In this document: in pieces, positions 9,367-19,090 of the stretch
Layout of the letters: each line of letters begins with the position of its first letter
Numbering within the stretch: position 1 is the stretch's first letter
Assembly (NCBI GenBank): GCA_031416075.1
Contig: JANOSY010000066.1
Location: 1 to 36,527, forward strand
DNA from: Candidatus Tenderia sp.
Lineage (GTDB): Bacteria > Pseudomonadota > Gammaproteobacteria > Tenderiales > Tenderiaceae
Length of the DNA: 36,527 nucleotides
Direction: 5' to 3'
Made by a program: the position numbers and the translations under genes
Notes under the pieces: model-generated
What the model was told of the DNA's origin: nothing
The model's database searches: none
The model's input: the letters and a program-made list of their open reading frames with translations, nothing else

Positions 9367-9819
9367 TTAAATCAAAGCGGTCGGTTGTCCGGCCACAACG
9401 TCCTGCCACCAAGTACTAATATCAGCAGCATGTTGCTGCTCTTCACGTAGCAGCAGTTCAAAAAAAATCCTGTTCTCATGATCTTCCATGAGATGGCAAT
9501 GGTTTACCGCGTGGGTATAAAACCCAATGATCTCCGCTTCGAGATCGGCAACATGTTTCACCAGTTCCGCTAACGCCCCATCTAATTGTGATGGACGCAA
9601 ACAACTGGCGTTCGGCGCAACACCCAAGGCCAACATACGACCGATAATACGGTCAACGTGTTGCATCTCCTCTTGAGCTTCACGACGAAATTTCTCACCC
9701 GCCTTAGCCATACCACGTATTTCAAGTAATCTTGCCAGCGACAGATACTGTTGAACGGCCGACAGCTCAAAGCTCAAGGCGCGTCCTAAATATCCTAAAA
9801 TAGCCGGGTCGTATGTCAT
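9367..9819 (-). CDS. Carboxysome-associated bacterioferritin-like protein
   Basis: E18, Y25, E51, M52, H54, E94, E127 and H130 occur at the same positions as in E. coli Bfr. Confidence 0.85.
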   Translation of the reverse strand: MTYDPAILGYLGRALSFELSAVQQYLSLARLLEIRGMAKAGEKFRREAQEEMQHVDRIIGRMLALGVAPNASCLRPSQLDGALAELVKHVADLEAEIIGFYTHAVNHCHLMEDHENRIFFELLLREEQQHAADISTWWQDVVAGQPTALI

Positions 9820-9908
9820 CTGTATCTATTACTTCAACTTAAACAAATTAGAGCTGGATGTGGTGAGTCGCTCTCGCTGTTCTCATCACACCCAAGCCCT
9901 GCATTGTT

Positions 9909-10205
9909 TTATTCCATTGTATTGTTGAGGATTGGCTCAACTTCTTTGTGCGGACGAGCAATGATGTGTGCAGCCACGAGGCCATCACCAACACGCTCAC
10001 ATGCATCAGCACCGGCACGCACAGCAGCGTTAACCGCACCTGTCTCGCCACGTACCAGAATGGTGACATAACCGCCGCCAACAAATTCACGTCCAATCAG
10101 ACGCACTTCAGCCGCCTTGGTCATGGCGTCTGCTGCTTCAATAGCAGGAACCAGACCGCGGGTTTCAATCATGCCTAATGCAATACCGTAATGTTCAGTT
10201 GCCAT
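9909..10205 (-). CDS. csoS1: Carboxysome hexameric shell protein CsoS1
   Basis: GIALGMIETRGLVPAIEAADAMTKAAEV...AAHIIARPH. Confidence 0.97.
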   Translation of the reverse strand: MATEHYGIALGMIETRGLVPAIEAADAMTKAAEVRLIGREFVGGGYVTILVRGETGAVNAAVRAGADACERVGDGLVAAHIIARPHKEVEPILNNTME

Positions 10206-10236
10206 GGTTTTCTACTCCTCTGTGGATGGTTTAAAA

Positions 10237-10554
10237 TTACATTGTCCGGTTAGGACTAGTGCTAAGGCCCATGCTCAACACTGGCTCTACTTCTTTATGT
10301 GGACGGGCGATGATATGAGCAGCCACCAGGCCATCACCAACACGTTCACAAGCATCGGCACCAGCACGCACAGCAGCGTTAACCGCACCTGTCTCGCCAC
10401 GTACCAGAATGGTGACATAACCACCACCAACAAACTCACGTCCAATCAGACGCACTTCGGCTGCTTTAGTCATGGCGTCTGCTGCTTCAATGGCAGGAAC
10501 CAGACCGCGTGTTTCAATCATGCCCAGTGCAATACCGTAGTTGTGTTCGCTCAT
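10237..10554 (-). CDS. csoS1: Carboxysome hexameric shell protein CsoS1 with short C-terminal extension
   Basis: Core identical to 9909-10205, with tail SMGLSTSPNRTM. Confidence 0.97.
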   Translation of the reverse strand: MSEHNYGIALGMIETRGLVPAIEAADAMTKAAEVRLIGREFVGGGYVTILVRGETGAVNAAVRAGADACERVGDGLVAAHIIARPHKEVEPVLSMGLSTSPNRTM

Positions 10555-10628
10555 TTCTCTATCTCCGTCTTGATGTAAATCATTGCTCGTTAATTAAAAA
10601 CTTCCGCACCAAAATTTTCTGTCCAGTC

Positions 10629-10901
10629 TCAAACAACCTGCTGTGTCTGTCCTGCTTCTTCATCCCAATAGTCGATAATCCCACCAATGGCCAAGTCCGT
10701 TAAGACCGCAAAATCACCACATGCAAATCGCGCACCCGAGCCACTTACTACAAAAACCCAGTTACCTGGCCGACAGCCACAGGTATCAACTGCCACCTGT
10801 CTTTTGCCATTTACATCACGCAGTACCCGCAGACTGGTTTGATAAAGCTCAGCATGGCGTAGTGTGCACACCAGTGAACCTTCCACCTGCAAAATATCCA
10901 T
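10629..10901 (-). CDS. csoS4B: Carboxysome pentamer CsoS4B
   Basis: MDILQVEGSLVCT..VAVD.CGCRPGNWVF..SGSGAR..TDLAIGGIIDYW. Confidence 0.95.
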   Translation of the reverse strand: MDILQVEGSLVCTLRHAELYQTSLRVLRDVNGKRQVAVDTCGCRPGNWVFVVSGSGARFACGDFAVLTDLAIGGIIDYWDEEAGQTQQVV

Positions 10902-11152
10902 CAGGTCGATGCCTCATCCCAATAATCGATAATTCCAACGATAGTGAGATCACTTGGATACTCTTTGCTGCCTGCCGCTTCACGCGCTGCAGAACTGCCA
11001 ACACAAATTACCCAGTCACCCGGCGAGCAGCCAACAGAGTCAACCGCGACCAAACGAACCTTGCCATCCAAAACAACCTGTAGATGTTTGTGTTCCATGC
11101 TGGGGACACGATTAGTTGCCACCAACGGCTTTTCAACCTTACAAATTTTCAT
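10901..11152 (-). CDS. csoS4A: Carboxysome pentamer CsoS4A
   Basis: MKICKVEKPLVATNR..GDWVICVGSSAAREAAG..YPSDLTIVGIIDYW. Confidence 0.95.
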   Translation of the reverse strand: MKICKVEKPLVATNRVPSMEHKHLQVVLDGKVRLVAVDSVGCSPGDWVICVGSSAAREAAGSKEYPSDLTIVGIIDYWDEAST

Positions 11153-12672
11153 CAGTGGGCCTCCTGTTGCTGTAGATCCAAAGAGCTACCGACCACTTCA
11201 GCCATACCGTCATTTTGACAGTCACGCACCATTAACAACGTATGCAACAAACCACGATCGGCAAAATCACGAAAGCGGTTACGAAGAGCGTTATCCAGCT
11301 GATGGCAACGCGCCTCAGCCCTGTCTCGTGCGCCGGGCACTTGCCCGTGGTAATCATTACGAATCACCACCGGGATAGGCAGCCCGCGTCTGGCGTTCAG
11401 GCCGGTAAATATTTTGATACCAACATCCATATCCTTGGCACCCTCTTCTACTGTCTGCAAATAAGCAAAGTAGGTGAGGTTGCGTAGCTGAACTTCCTCA
11501 AAACCAATGCCCATACCGATAAAGCGCTCTTGATGACCGATATCACTGTAACAACCACCGTGGTATTGACGTACATAATCAATCTGCGACAGATTTCCAC
11601 ACAGCAGGCGCGCTGATAAACGCATCATTCCGGCAGTTGGTTGTGAAACACCACACGCCAAACTCATATCCTCAAGATAACGCTTTACTGCTGCCTCAGC
11701 ATCGAGCCCACTACTGTTACGTGTGGCGTTAAAGAGATCTATCGCATCCACATAACGATCCACATCCATTTCACCATTGGCATCCGGCAGGTGTAGCCGA
11801 ATCACATCGTTGTCTGTATCCATGCCAATCAGCAGCAAGTCAATCGAAGCACCACAACAAAAGCCGTTCTCAACACTCTGGCGAAACGCCTGTAACTTTG
11901 CTAACGCAGCCGCAGCCGCTTTCTGGGTATCACTGCCGTGTGCCGCGCACCCTTCACTCTCTGGCTTGGATGAACTGTGGTGATACACAGCAACCTTTAA
12001 GTAACGGGTCGGAACAGCCGCTTGATTAGGGCTACCTTCACGATGGCGCAACATCTCGGTTTCGATCCATTTCTGCAGACTATCTTCCACATCAAACATG
12101 GCACCGGCATACGACTTGCGCCGTACAGCTTTGTAAGGCAGTCGCAAAACATAACGGATCACATGGGCTAGACGGCCATCCGCACAAGGAGAGACATCCA
12201 ACGTATGAAACCCGCACTGCTCCAGAAATCTCTGAAACTCAAAATCATCGGCATCGGCCAACGGCCTGGTATCAAAAAACTCGTCCGACATTTGACGGAA
12301 GGTCTCAAATACACACCAAGCATATAGGCGGCCAATATCCAGCGGTTTTATCCAGCTATCTGCCAACAACGACTCAGGCAACTCCAATCCCAGTTCACTT
12401 TTGACTAGCGCCTGAGCACGACCAACAAAATCCGCCTCATGCTGTGCCGCTGACAGCATACGTAACGTCGGCTCAATCTCCGCAAATGCCTGTTTAACCT
12501 TCTGTTCATAATGAAACAACCGGCTATTTTCATCTTTACGGGTAAACGGATGTAACTGACTGTTCGACGACCAGCCATGGGCGGCAGCTGCACGCCCTTG
12601 GGGCAGTGCGCCACGCTGCGGAGGCTGATACCCCTGCGGTGCACGTCTGCTTTTTGATCTGGTGTTGAACAT
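11152..12672 (-). CDS. csoSCA: Carboxysomal carbonic anhydrase CsoSCA (CsoS3)
   Basis: PCADGRL, HHSSS..GCAAHGS Zn ligands, DTDND, FEEVQLRNL. Confidence 0.96.
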   Translation of the reverse strand: MFNTRSKSRRAPQGYQPPQRGALPQGRAAAAHGWSSNSQLHPFTRKDENSRLFHYEQKVKQAFAEIEPTLRMLSAAQHEADFVGRAQALVKSELGLELPESLLADSWIKPLDIGRLYAWCVFETFRQMSDEFFDTRPLADADDFEFQRFLEQCGFHTLDVSPCADGRLAHVIRYVLRLPYKAVRRKSYAGAMFDVEDSLQKWIETEMLRHREGSPNQAAVPTRYLKVAVYHHSSSKPESEGCAAHGSDTQKAAAAALAKLQAFRQSVENGFCCGASIDLLLIGMDTDNDVIRLHLPDANGEMDVDRYVDAIDLFNATRNSSGLDAEAAVKRYLEDMSLACGVSQPTAGMMRLSARLLCGNLSQIDYVRQYHGGCYSDIGHQERFIGMGIGFEEVQLRNLTYFAYLQTVEEGAKDMDVGIKIFTGLNARRGLPIPVVIRNDYHGQVPGARDRAEARCHQLDNALRNRFRDFADRGLLHTLLMVRDCQNDGMAEVVGSSLDLQQQEAH

Positions 12673-12793
12673 GGTTTTTAATCCATTCCCAAAAATTCAT
12701 TAAACGTCTATTCACTCAAAATCGGGTCAACGAGGCCATAAATGACCTCATCAACCAAACCCACTGCATATACATCTTTTGGATGTAGAACTA

Positions 12794-14719
12794 CTAACCG
12801 CGAGCACCACCGGAAAGTGTAATCGGGGCACCTTTATCAGAGGTTCCACTACCACCACCACCGGTCACATTAATATCGCTACGATCAACTTCTTCGTTAC
12901 GCTTTGGCGCTGCATTCAACATGGCACTCACTGGACCACGTCGAGTCGGATTACGTTTGATAGCCGAAGTACCCTCGGTACCGGTCACACGGTCACCACG
13001 ATTCCAGTCGTTGCCCGTAATTTTCATACTGAGTTCCATCCCTTCACCAGTAACACGTTTTTCCTTTACGTTATCCATTTTGGCTACTGCAGGAGCAACT
13101 CTAGCTACTGCAGAGGCAACAACTGACTCTCTTGCATTTGCCCGTGCCCTGCCTTCGCTTGAACGAAACTGCTCAGTACCCGTGATTTTGCCTTCACCTA
13201 ACGAGAAGGTACCGCTCACACGACCCTGCTCATAACGCACACCTGTAACACCCTCTTTCACCGCTGTTTTCTGGCTGGCATGAACAGGTAGCTGGTTAGG
13301 CTGTATCAGACTAAACGCACCCCAAGGTGCATCCGCCATCGGCTTTGGAAAATCAGGCTCACCCACTTGTGCTGGCACAGCACCACACACCTGCTGGTGA
13401 TGAGTAACACCCACATACGCAGTACCACTCACATCACGACAGGCACCCTTAGTGGCTCCGGTCAATCCAGAATACCCAGGCTGCATACCGGTGATATCAC
13501 GACCAGCAACGCCGGTACGACGCTGATTCCGCACTTCAGAAAGAGTTACATCATCTTGAGCACAAAAGTCGCGGAACTGCTCTGACCCAGCATAAGGCGT
13601 ACCAGTCACAGCACTGCATGTACCCGCCTCACCACCACTTACCTGATGAGAACGTGCCGGTTTAGAACCGGAGATGATCTGACCACGTGTAGTTTGCGAG
13701 AAACTCACCTTGGCAACACCCGGTTCTGGTTTGCTTTTGCAGAAATCGTCGTAGTGCTCGCGCCCTACATACTCCACACCTGTTACCGTGCGGCAGCTGC
13801 CACGTTCGTTGCCGGTCACTTTTTCACTCAGCCCAACCTTGCCACTGGCTGTAATCACACCACCACTGAGGTTTTCGCTGGACTCAACCTTACGTGGTAC
13901 AAAAGGCACCTCTTTCTGGCAAAACTCTGCAAACACATCACTCGAAAAGTAATCTGTACCGGTCACTGCGCGACAGAGTCCCGTCTCATCACCCGTAGTA
14001 CGTTCACTGTGTGAAACACGCGTTCCACTTACGCCGTTGTTCTGACGCTCCGGACGACGACGCCCCGCAGTTGCCGCACGTCCAGCTGGCTGTGTGGTAC
14101 CGCTGCCATTACCGCCACTGCTGCTACGCTGAGTACGCACTGTACGAGCAAGATCACGACCCGATATGTCAGGGTTTTGATGCCTGACCATCTGCGCTGA
14201 ACTGACACCTTTGCGATAAGCATCGGCACCTGTTTTACCATGTGCTGCCAACGCCTCACGACGCAGCTTGGAGTTAAGACGGCCAGCACTGCTAGCAACT
14301 ACAGCCTTGACATCATTACGACGTGGACTGTTGGTTGCTTTAGGCACTGCCAACATTGGCGCAGTTTCCCGTGCTGTCTTAGCATCACCACCGCCGCAGT
14401 CTTTCTCTACAGCACGGCTCATACGTTTGGCGTTAGCAATACGATCAGTGACCACGCCAGCCTTACCCTGCTCTGACATTGCCTGACGACGGGCACGTGA
14501 AGCTTCACGTCCGCTGTTCTTGGCAACCACAACAGAACGGGGAGATGCTTGTACAGCTGGCTTCACGGGTGAAGCAACAGGTGTCTGCACAGTCGCTTGA
14601 ACGGGAGCCTTGGAAACCACACTGGCTCCAGTTTTGGCTGACAGTGCCGCCTTGCCGTTAATTTGAGCATTACGGCGTGCCCTGGCGACATTACGTCCTG
14701 ACAGATCTTGAATAGCCAT
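12794..14719 (-). CDS. csoS2: Carboxysome scaffold CsoS2
   Basis: Four N-repeats (R..RR...GK-like), four Cys/VTG M-repeats, and a C-region ending ITLSGGARG. Confidence 0.96.
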   Translation of the reverse strand: MAIQDLSGRNVARARRNAQINGKAALSAKTGASVVSKAPVQATVQTPVASPVKPAVQASPRSVVVAKNSGREASRARRQAMSEQGKAGVVTDRIANAKRMSRAVEKDCGGGDAKTARETAPMLAVPKATNSPRRNDVKAVVASSAGRLNSKLRREALAAHGKTGADAYRKGVSSAQMVRHQNPDISGRDLARTVRTQRSSSGGNGSGTTQPAGRAATAGRRRPERQNNGVSGTRVSHSERTTGDETGLCRAVTGTDYFSSDVFAEFCQKEVPFVPRKVESSENLSGGVITASGKVGLSEKVTGNERGSCRTVTGVEYVGREHYDDFCKSKPEPGVAKVSFSQTTRGQIISGSKPARSHQVSGGEAGTCSAVTGTPYAGSEQFRDFCAQDDVTLSEVRNQRRTGVAGRDITGMQPGYSGLTGATKGACRDVSGTAYVGVTHHQQVCGAVPAQVGEPDFPKPMADAPWGAFSLIQPNQLPVHASQKTAVKEGVTGVRYEQGRVSGTFSLGEGKITGTEQFRSSEGRARANARESVVASAVARVAPAVAKMDNVKEKRVTGEGMELSMKITGNDWNRGDRVTGTEGTSAIKRNPTRRGPVSAMLNAAPKRNEEVDRSDINVTGGGGSGTSDKGAPITLSGGARG

Positions 14720-14752
14720 AACTGTTATCCCATTTTAAACTGAGAAACCAGA

Positions 14753-14783
14753 ATTGACCGTGGCGTACAACGCCACGGTCAAT
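14753..14783 (-). terminator. Perfect 14-bp hairpin between cbbS and csoS2 (leaky terminator or mRNA stabiliser)
   Basis: ATTGACCGTGGCGT-ACA-ACGCCACGGTCAAT followed by a weak U-tract. Confidence 0.6.
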
Positions 14784-14787
14784 CCGC

Positions 14788-15138
14788 CTACCACGTTTTG
14801 CCGCGATAAACGACAAAGCAGACACCCTGACTCTGGGTGTAGTTGTCGTAACCAAGCAGACGTACATGGTGATCAGGATATGCGCGATGACACGCATCCA
14901 GCTCAGCCACTACGTTGCCCAGCTCTTTCTCACCGAAAAAAGGCAGCTTCCACATAGTCCAGTAATGGTTAGTGGATTGGGCAGGATGTTCGTGCTCAAT
15001 CGCAGGTGTTAAACCCTGGCTCAGCATGTAGCTGATCTGGTCGTAGATCTCTTGCTGGGTCAGCGGTGGCAGAAAGGAGAAGGTCTCCAAAGTCTGCGTG
15101 GTGCGGTAATCACCCATAGTGCTGATATTTGCTTTCAT
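14788..15138 (-). CDS. cbbS: Rubisco small subunit, Form IA carboxysomal
   Basis: [29 protein letters not shown]. Confidence 0.98.
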   Translation of the reverse strand: MKANISTMGDYRTTQTLETFSFLPPLTQQEIYDQISYMLSQGLTPAIEHEHPAQSTNHYWTMWKLPFFGEKELGNVVAELDACHRAYPDHHVRLLGYDNYTQSQGVCFVVYRGKTW

Positions 15139-15172
15139 TGTTTGCTCCTCTTAATTGGTGACGTTAAGGACT

Positions 15173-16585
15173 TTAGGCGACGTCCAGCTTGTCCACAGTT
15201 TCGAATTCGAACTTGATCTCTTTCCAAGTTTCCATCGCGATGGCCAGTTCTGGGCTGTTACGAGCAGCGCCTTCCAGGATGTCCTTAGCTTCACGCTCAA
15301 GCTCACGACCTTCGTTACGGGCCTTAACACACGCTTCCAACGCCACACGGTTGGCCGCAGCACCTGCAGCGTTACCCCATGGGTGACCCTGTGTACCACC
15401 ACCAAACTGAAGGATTGAGTCATCACCAAAGATGTTAACCAGCGCAGGCATGTGCCAAACGTGGATACCACCGGAGGCAACTGCAAATACACCAGGCATA
15501 GAACCCCAATCCTGGTCAAAGAAGATACCGCGACGACGATCTTCAGGAACAAATGATTCACGCAGCAGATCAACATAACCCAGTGTTGACGCACGGTCAC
15601 CTTCCAGCTTACCAACAACAGTACCGGTATGCAGATGGTCACCACCTGACAGACGCAGACACTTGGCCAGCACGCGGAAGTGGATACCGTGTTTAGGGTG
15701 ACGATCGATTACAGCGTGCATTGCACGATGGATATGCAGCAGTATGCCGTTTTTACGGCACCACTTGGCCAGACCACCGTTAGCGGTGAAACCGCCTGTC
15801 AGGAAGTCATGCATGATCACTGGCTGACCCAGCTCTTTAGCGAATTCAGCACGCTCATACATATCTTCAGGGGTGTTGGCGGTTACGTTCAGGTAATGGC
15901 CTTTCACTTCGCCTGTTTCAGCCTTAGCCTTTTCAACAGCCATGGCAACAAACTCAAAACGGTTCTGCCAGCGCATAAATGGCTGTGAGTTTACGTTTTC
16001 ATCATCTTTGGTCAGATCCAGACCGCCACGCAGACATTCGTATACAGCGCGACCGTAGTTTTTAGCAGACAGACCAAGCTTTGGCTTGATGGTTGCGCCC
16101 AACAGTGGACGGCCATACTTGTTCAGCTTGTCACGCTCAACCTGAATACCACTAGGTGGTCCCATGCAGGTCTTAACAAAGGCAATCGGGAAGCGAATAT
16201 CTTCCAAACGCAGGTGTTTAACAGCCTTAAAGCCGAATACGTTACCTACCAATGAGGTCAGTACGTTAACGATTGAACCCTCTTCAAAGAGGTCAAGTGG
16301 GTAAGCAATAAAGGCATAGAAGCTCTCTTTGTCGCCTGGAACATCTTCAATACGGTAGGCGCGTCCCTTGTAAAACTCCATATCGGTCAACAGTTCTGAC
16401 CAGACGGTACTCCAAGTACCTGTAGATGATTCAGCGGCAACAGCTGCTGCGGCCTCATCCTTAGGTACGCCGTCCTGGGGCGTTACTTTGAAACAGGCCA
16501 GCAAATCTGTATCGAGCGGAACATAGTCCGGGGTCCAATATAGATCGCGGTACTCTTTTACACCGGCATCGTATGTCTTTGCCAT
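15173..16585 (-). CDS. cbbL: Rubisco large subunit, Form IA carboxysomal
   Basis: [56 protein letters not shown]. Confidence 0.99.
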   Translation of the reverse strand: MAKTYDAGVKEYRDLYWTPDYVPLDTDLLACFKVTPQDGVPKDEAAAAVAAESSTGTWSTVWSELLTDMEFYKGRAYRIEDVPGDKESFYAFIAYPLDLFEEGSIVNVLTSLVGNVFGFKAVKHLRLEDIRFPIAFVKTCMGPPSGIQVERDKLNKYGRPLLGATIKPKLGLSAKNYGRAVYECLRGGLDLTKDDENVNSQPFMRWQNRFEFVAMAVEKAKAETGEVKGHYLNVTANTPEDMYERAEFAKELGQPVIMHDFLTGGFTANGGLAKWCRKNGILLHIHRAMHAVIDRHPKHGIHFRVLAKCLRLSGGDHLHTGTVVGKLEGDRASTLGYVDLLRESFVPEDRRRGIFFDQDWGSMPGVFAVASGGIHVWHMPALVNIFGDDSILQFGGGTQGHPWGNAAGAAANRVALEACVKARNEGRELEREAKDILEGAARNSPELAIAMETWKEIKFEFETVDKLDVA

Positions 16586-16625
16586 AGTCAGTCACTCCTG
16601 CTGTGGTTGTGTGGAATCTTCGGGT

Positions 16626-16696
16626 GCCAAGGTATCACGCTCAGCATTGATTACCAATCGAACATTTGAATGTGCCCTATTGATGATTGGCAATGT
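16626..16696 (-). promoter_or_regulatory. cbbL promoter with putative CbbR operator
   Basis: Minus strand TTGGTA-N17-TACCTT with an extended TG. ATTG-N8-CAAT dyad containing T-N11-A. Motif shared with the sbtA upstream region. Confidence 0.65.
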
Positions 16697-16712
16697 CAGG
16701 CGAAATACTCCA

Positions 16713-16741
16713 GAAAACAGTCCCGGCAAATGGTCGCCGGG
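16713..16741 (-). terminator. Probable terminator of the amidotransferase gene
   Basis: CCCGGC/GCCGGG stem followed by ACTGTTTT on the minus strand. Confidence 0.45.
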
Positions 16742-16875
16742 GGTTTAAATCGCGTCATATGATTGTGCAATTGGCACTTTATTGCAACCATTAAGCGTCT
16801 TTATTTACCTAAATGAGACTTTATCTCACACTTCCAGCCCCCCAAAAGGGCCGTGTATGCGCATCTCGAGGAAGG

Positions 16876-18657
16876 TTATCGCGAGCCAACATTGCGCTGC
16901 AGCCATAATTCCAGCAGCGCCAGATGCCAGAGATGGCTCCCCTGCAACCGGGTAAAGTATCGGTCGGGGGCGGCAAGCAGCTTATTAATGTAGCCACGAT
17001 CGATCAAACCACGCTCGCGGCACGCCTGAGAATCGAGGGTATCGCGCATCAACGCCAGGAACTCTCCACCCACAAATTTGAGTGCCGGCATGGGGAAATA
17101 CCCCTTGGGCCTATCGATAACCTTGTTTGGCAGGCAACCACGTGCAATTTTTTTGAGTATATGTTTGCCGCCTGAGCCAAGCTTAAGCTCTGGCGGCATC
17201 TGTGCCGCCAGCTCCAGCAGCTGATGATCCAGAAAGGGCACCCGCGCCTCCAGACCCCAGGCCATGGTCATATTGTCCACGCGTTTTACAGGGTCATCAG
17301 TGATCAGCATAGTGACATCCATACGTAACACCTGATCGATATACTCATCTGCCTCTGGCTGGGTCAGACGTGCTGCCACTAACTCACCACTATAGTCGGC
17401 ACCACGATAGGCTGCGGTGACGGTCTGCAGGTATTCATCATGATCGCGGTCAAAATAGTGGCGACGAAAACGGTCCAGGGCACTACCTTCGTCCTCTGCC
17501 GCCATCTTTGGATACCAGAAGTATCCACCAAAGGCCTCGTCGGCCCCCTGTCCGCTCAATACCACCTTCACCTCTTTGGAGACCGCCTCCGACAGTAGAT
17601 AAAAAGCAACGGCATCCTGCCCGACCATCGGCTCCGCCATGTTATCAATCGCCTCAGGCAGGCGTCGCAACACCTCACTGTTGGCGATGTGGTATTGATG
17701 GTGACGGGTACCGAAGTGCTGGGCCACTGCGTCGGAGTACTCAAACTCATTGCCACGCTCTTCCGGGTGGTCCTCAAATCCAATGGAGAAGGTGATGATA
17801 TCTTTCACCCCCTGCTCTGCCAGCAATGCCACCAGTAGGCTTGAGTCAAGACCACCAGAGAGCAGCACCCCCACCGGCACGTCGGCAATGGCGTGGCGAC
17901 GCCGTACCGCATTGGCCAGTGAGTCATGAATCAACTGCGTCCACTCCTCCTCACTGCGCGGCTGGGCGGGACGTTGTGCCGAGAGGTGCCAATATTGACG
18001 AGTGGTGACCTTGCCGTGCAGATCAATCGTCAGGGTTGTGCCCGGTGCCAGTTTACGCACACCTTTTAATAGCGTACGTGGTGCCGGTACCACTGCGTGT
18101 AGTGTCAGCTGATGGTGCAACGCCACAGAGTCGATTGAAGTATCAATATCCCCGGCTGTTAACAGCGCCTGGGTATTGGAGGCAAAACGGAATGAACTGT
18201 CTGTTTGCGAAAAATAGAACGGCTTAATACCCACCCGGTCACGGGCGCAAAAGAGCTGCTGACGCTGGCGGTCCCAGATGGCAAAGGCAAACATGCCGTG
18301 CAGATGCTCCACACACGTCTCACCCCACTCGGCATAGGCACGCAAGATCACCTCTGTATCACTACTACTGACAAAGTGATGGCCACGCTGCTGCAACAGG
18401 GCACGTAACTCGGGATGATTGTAGATAGTGCCATTAAATACCAGGGCCAGCCCCGCGACATCGTCAACCATCGGCTGTGCCGCACGGTCAGAGAGGTCGA
18501 TAATCGACAGGCGTCGATGGCCCAGCGCCACTGCCCCCTCCAGAAAAGTGCCCTCCGCATCCGGGCCACGTCGCCGTAGCGCATCCTTCATACGCTCTAT
18601 CACTGCTGGATCCGGTCTGCTACCGTCAAACTTCACTTCACCAGCAATGCCACACAT
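16876..18657 (-). CDS. AsnB-family glutamine amidotransferase (N-acetylglutaminylglutamine amidotransferase-like subfamily)
   Basis: MCGIAG, GHRRLSIID, LSGGLDSS, SGQGADE, DDPVKRVDNMTMAWGLEARVPFLD. Confidence 0.88.
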   Translation of the reverse strand: MCGIAGEVKFDGSRPDPAVIERMKDALRRRGPDAEGTFLEGAVALGHRRLSIIDLSDRAAQPMVDDVAGLALVFNGTIYNHPELRALLQQRGHHFVSSSDTEVILRAYAEWGETCVEHLHGMFAFAIWDRQRQQLFCARDRVGIKPFYFSQTDSSFRFASNTQALLTAGDIDTSIDSVALHHQLTLHAVVPAPRTLLKGVRKLAPGTTLTIDLHGKVTTRQYWHLSAQRPAQPRSEEEWTQLIHDSLANAVRRRHAIADVPVGVLLSGGLDSSLLVALLAEQGVKDIITFSIGFEDHPEERGNEFEYSDAVAQHFGTRHHQYHIANSEVLRRLPEAIDNMAEPMVGQDAVAFYLLSEAVSKEVKVVLSGQGADEAFGGYFWYPKMAAEDEGSALDRFRRHYFDRDHDEYLQTVTAAYRGADYSGELVAARLTQPEADEYIDQVLRMDVTMLITDDPVKRVDNMTMAWGLEARVPFLDHQLLELAAQMPPELKLGSGGKHILKKIARGCLPNKVIDRPKGYFPMPALKFVGGEFLALMRDTLDSQACRERGLIDRGYINKLLAAPDRYFTRLQGSHLWHLALLELWLQRNVGSR

Positions 18658-19090
18658 AAAAGATTCCTTTATATATAAACCGTGAACCAGAACACTTTAA
18701 AACCCTTAAATAAAAGAGCTATATCGTCGCCATTAAAGAACCAATAGGCACGGGTTAACACACACTACCCCCAACCCATATAGATCAAATCGCTACACTA
18801 CGCCCGAAATAGAACAAGCGCTCAGCACCGAACTAAAATTTAACAATTGAACACTTTTGCTTATGGGGCAAGAAAATATCAATATTCACAACAGCTTAAC
18901 CATATATCACACATTCTTTACCCGTCCCGCAACACCCCTGCTGGCCCGCCACATCCCAACCAACGCCAGCAAATAGCAGTATGATAGGCGGGCAGAGGAG
19001 TTCAGGATGTCTGCACCACACACTGACTAAGACACGGATGCTGCCTTATTCACTATCAACTTCACAACGCTTCACATATGAGGTTTAGTC

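Noticed and set aside
9909-10554. Long direct repeat
   Set aside because: Explained by the two csoS1 paralogues, which is normal for cso operons.
16772-16786. Sigma54-like TGGCAC...TTGCA
   Set aside because: GG-GC spacing is 9 rather than 10, and it points away from cbbL into the 3' end of a convergent gene.
16814-16828. Fur-like palindrome TGAGA-N5-TCTCA
   Set aside because: It lies about 230 bp from cbbL and beyond a probable terminator, and a short dyad could be chance.
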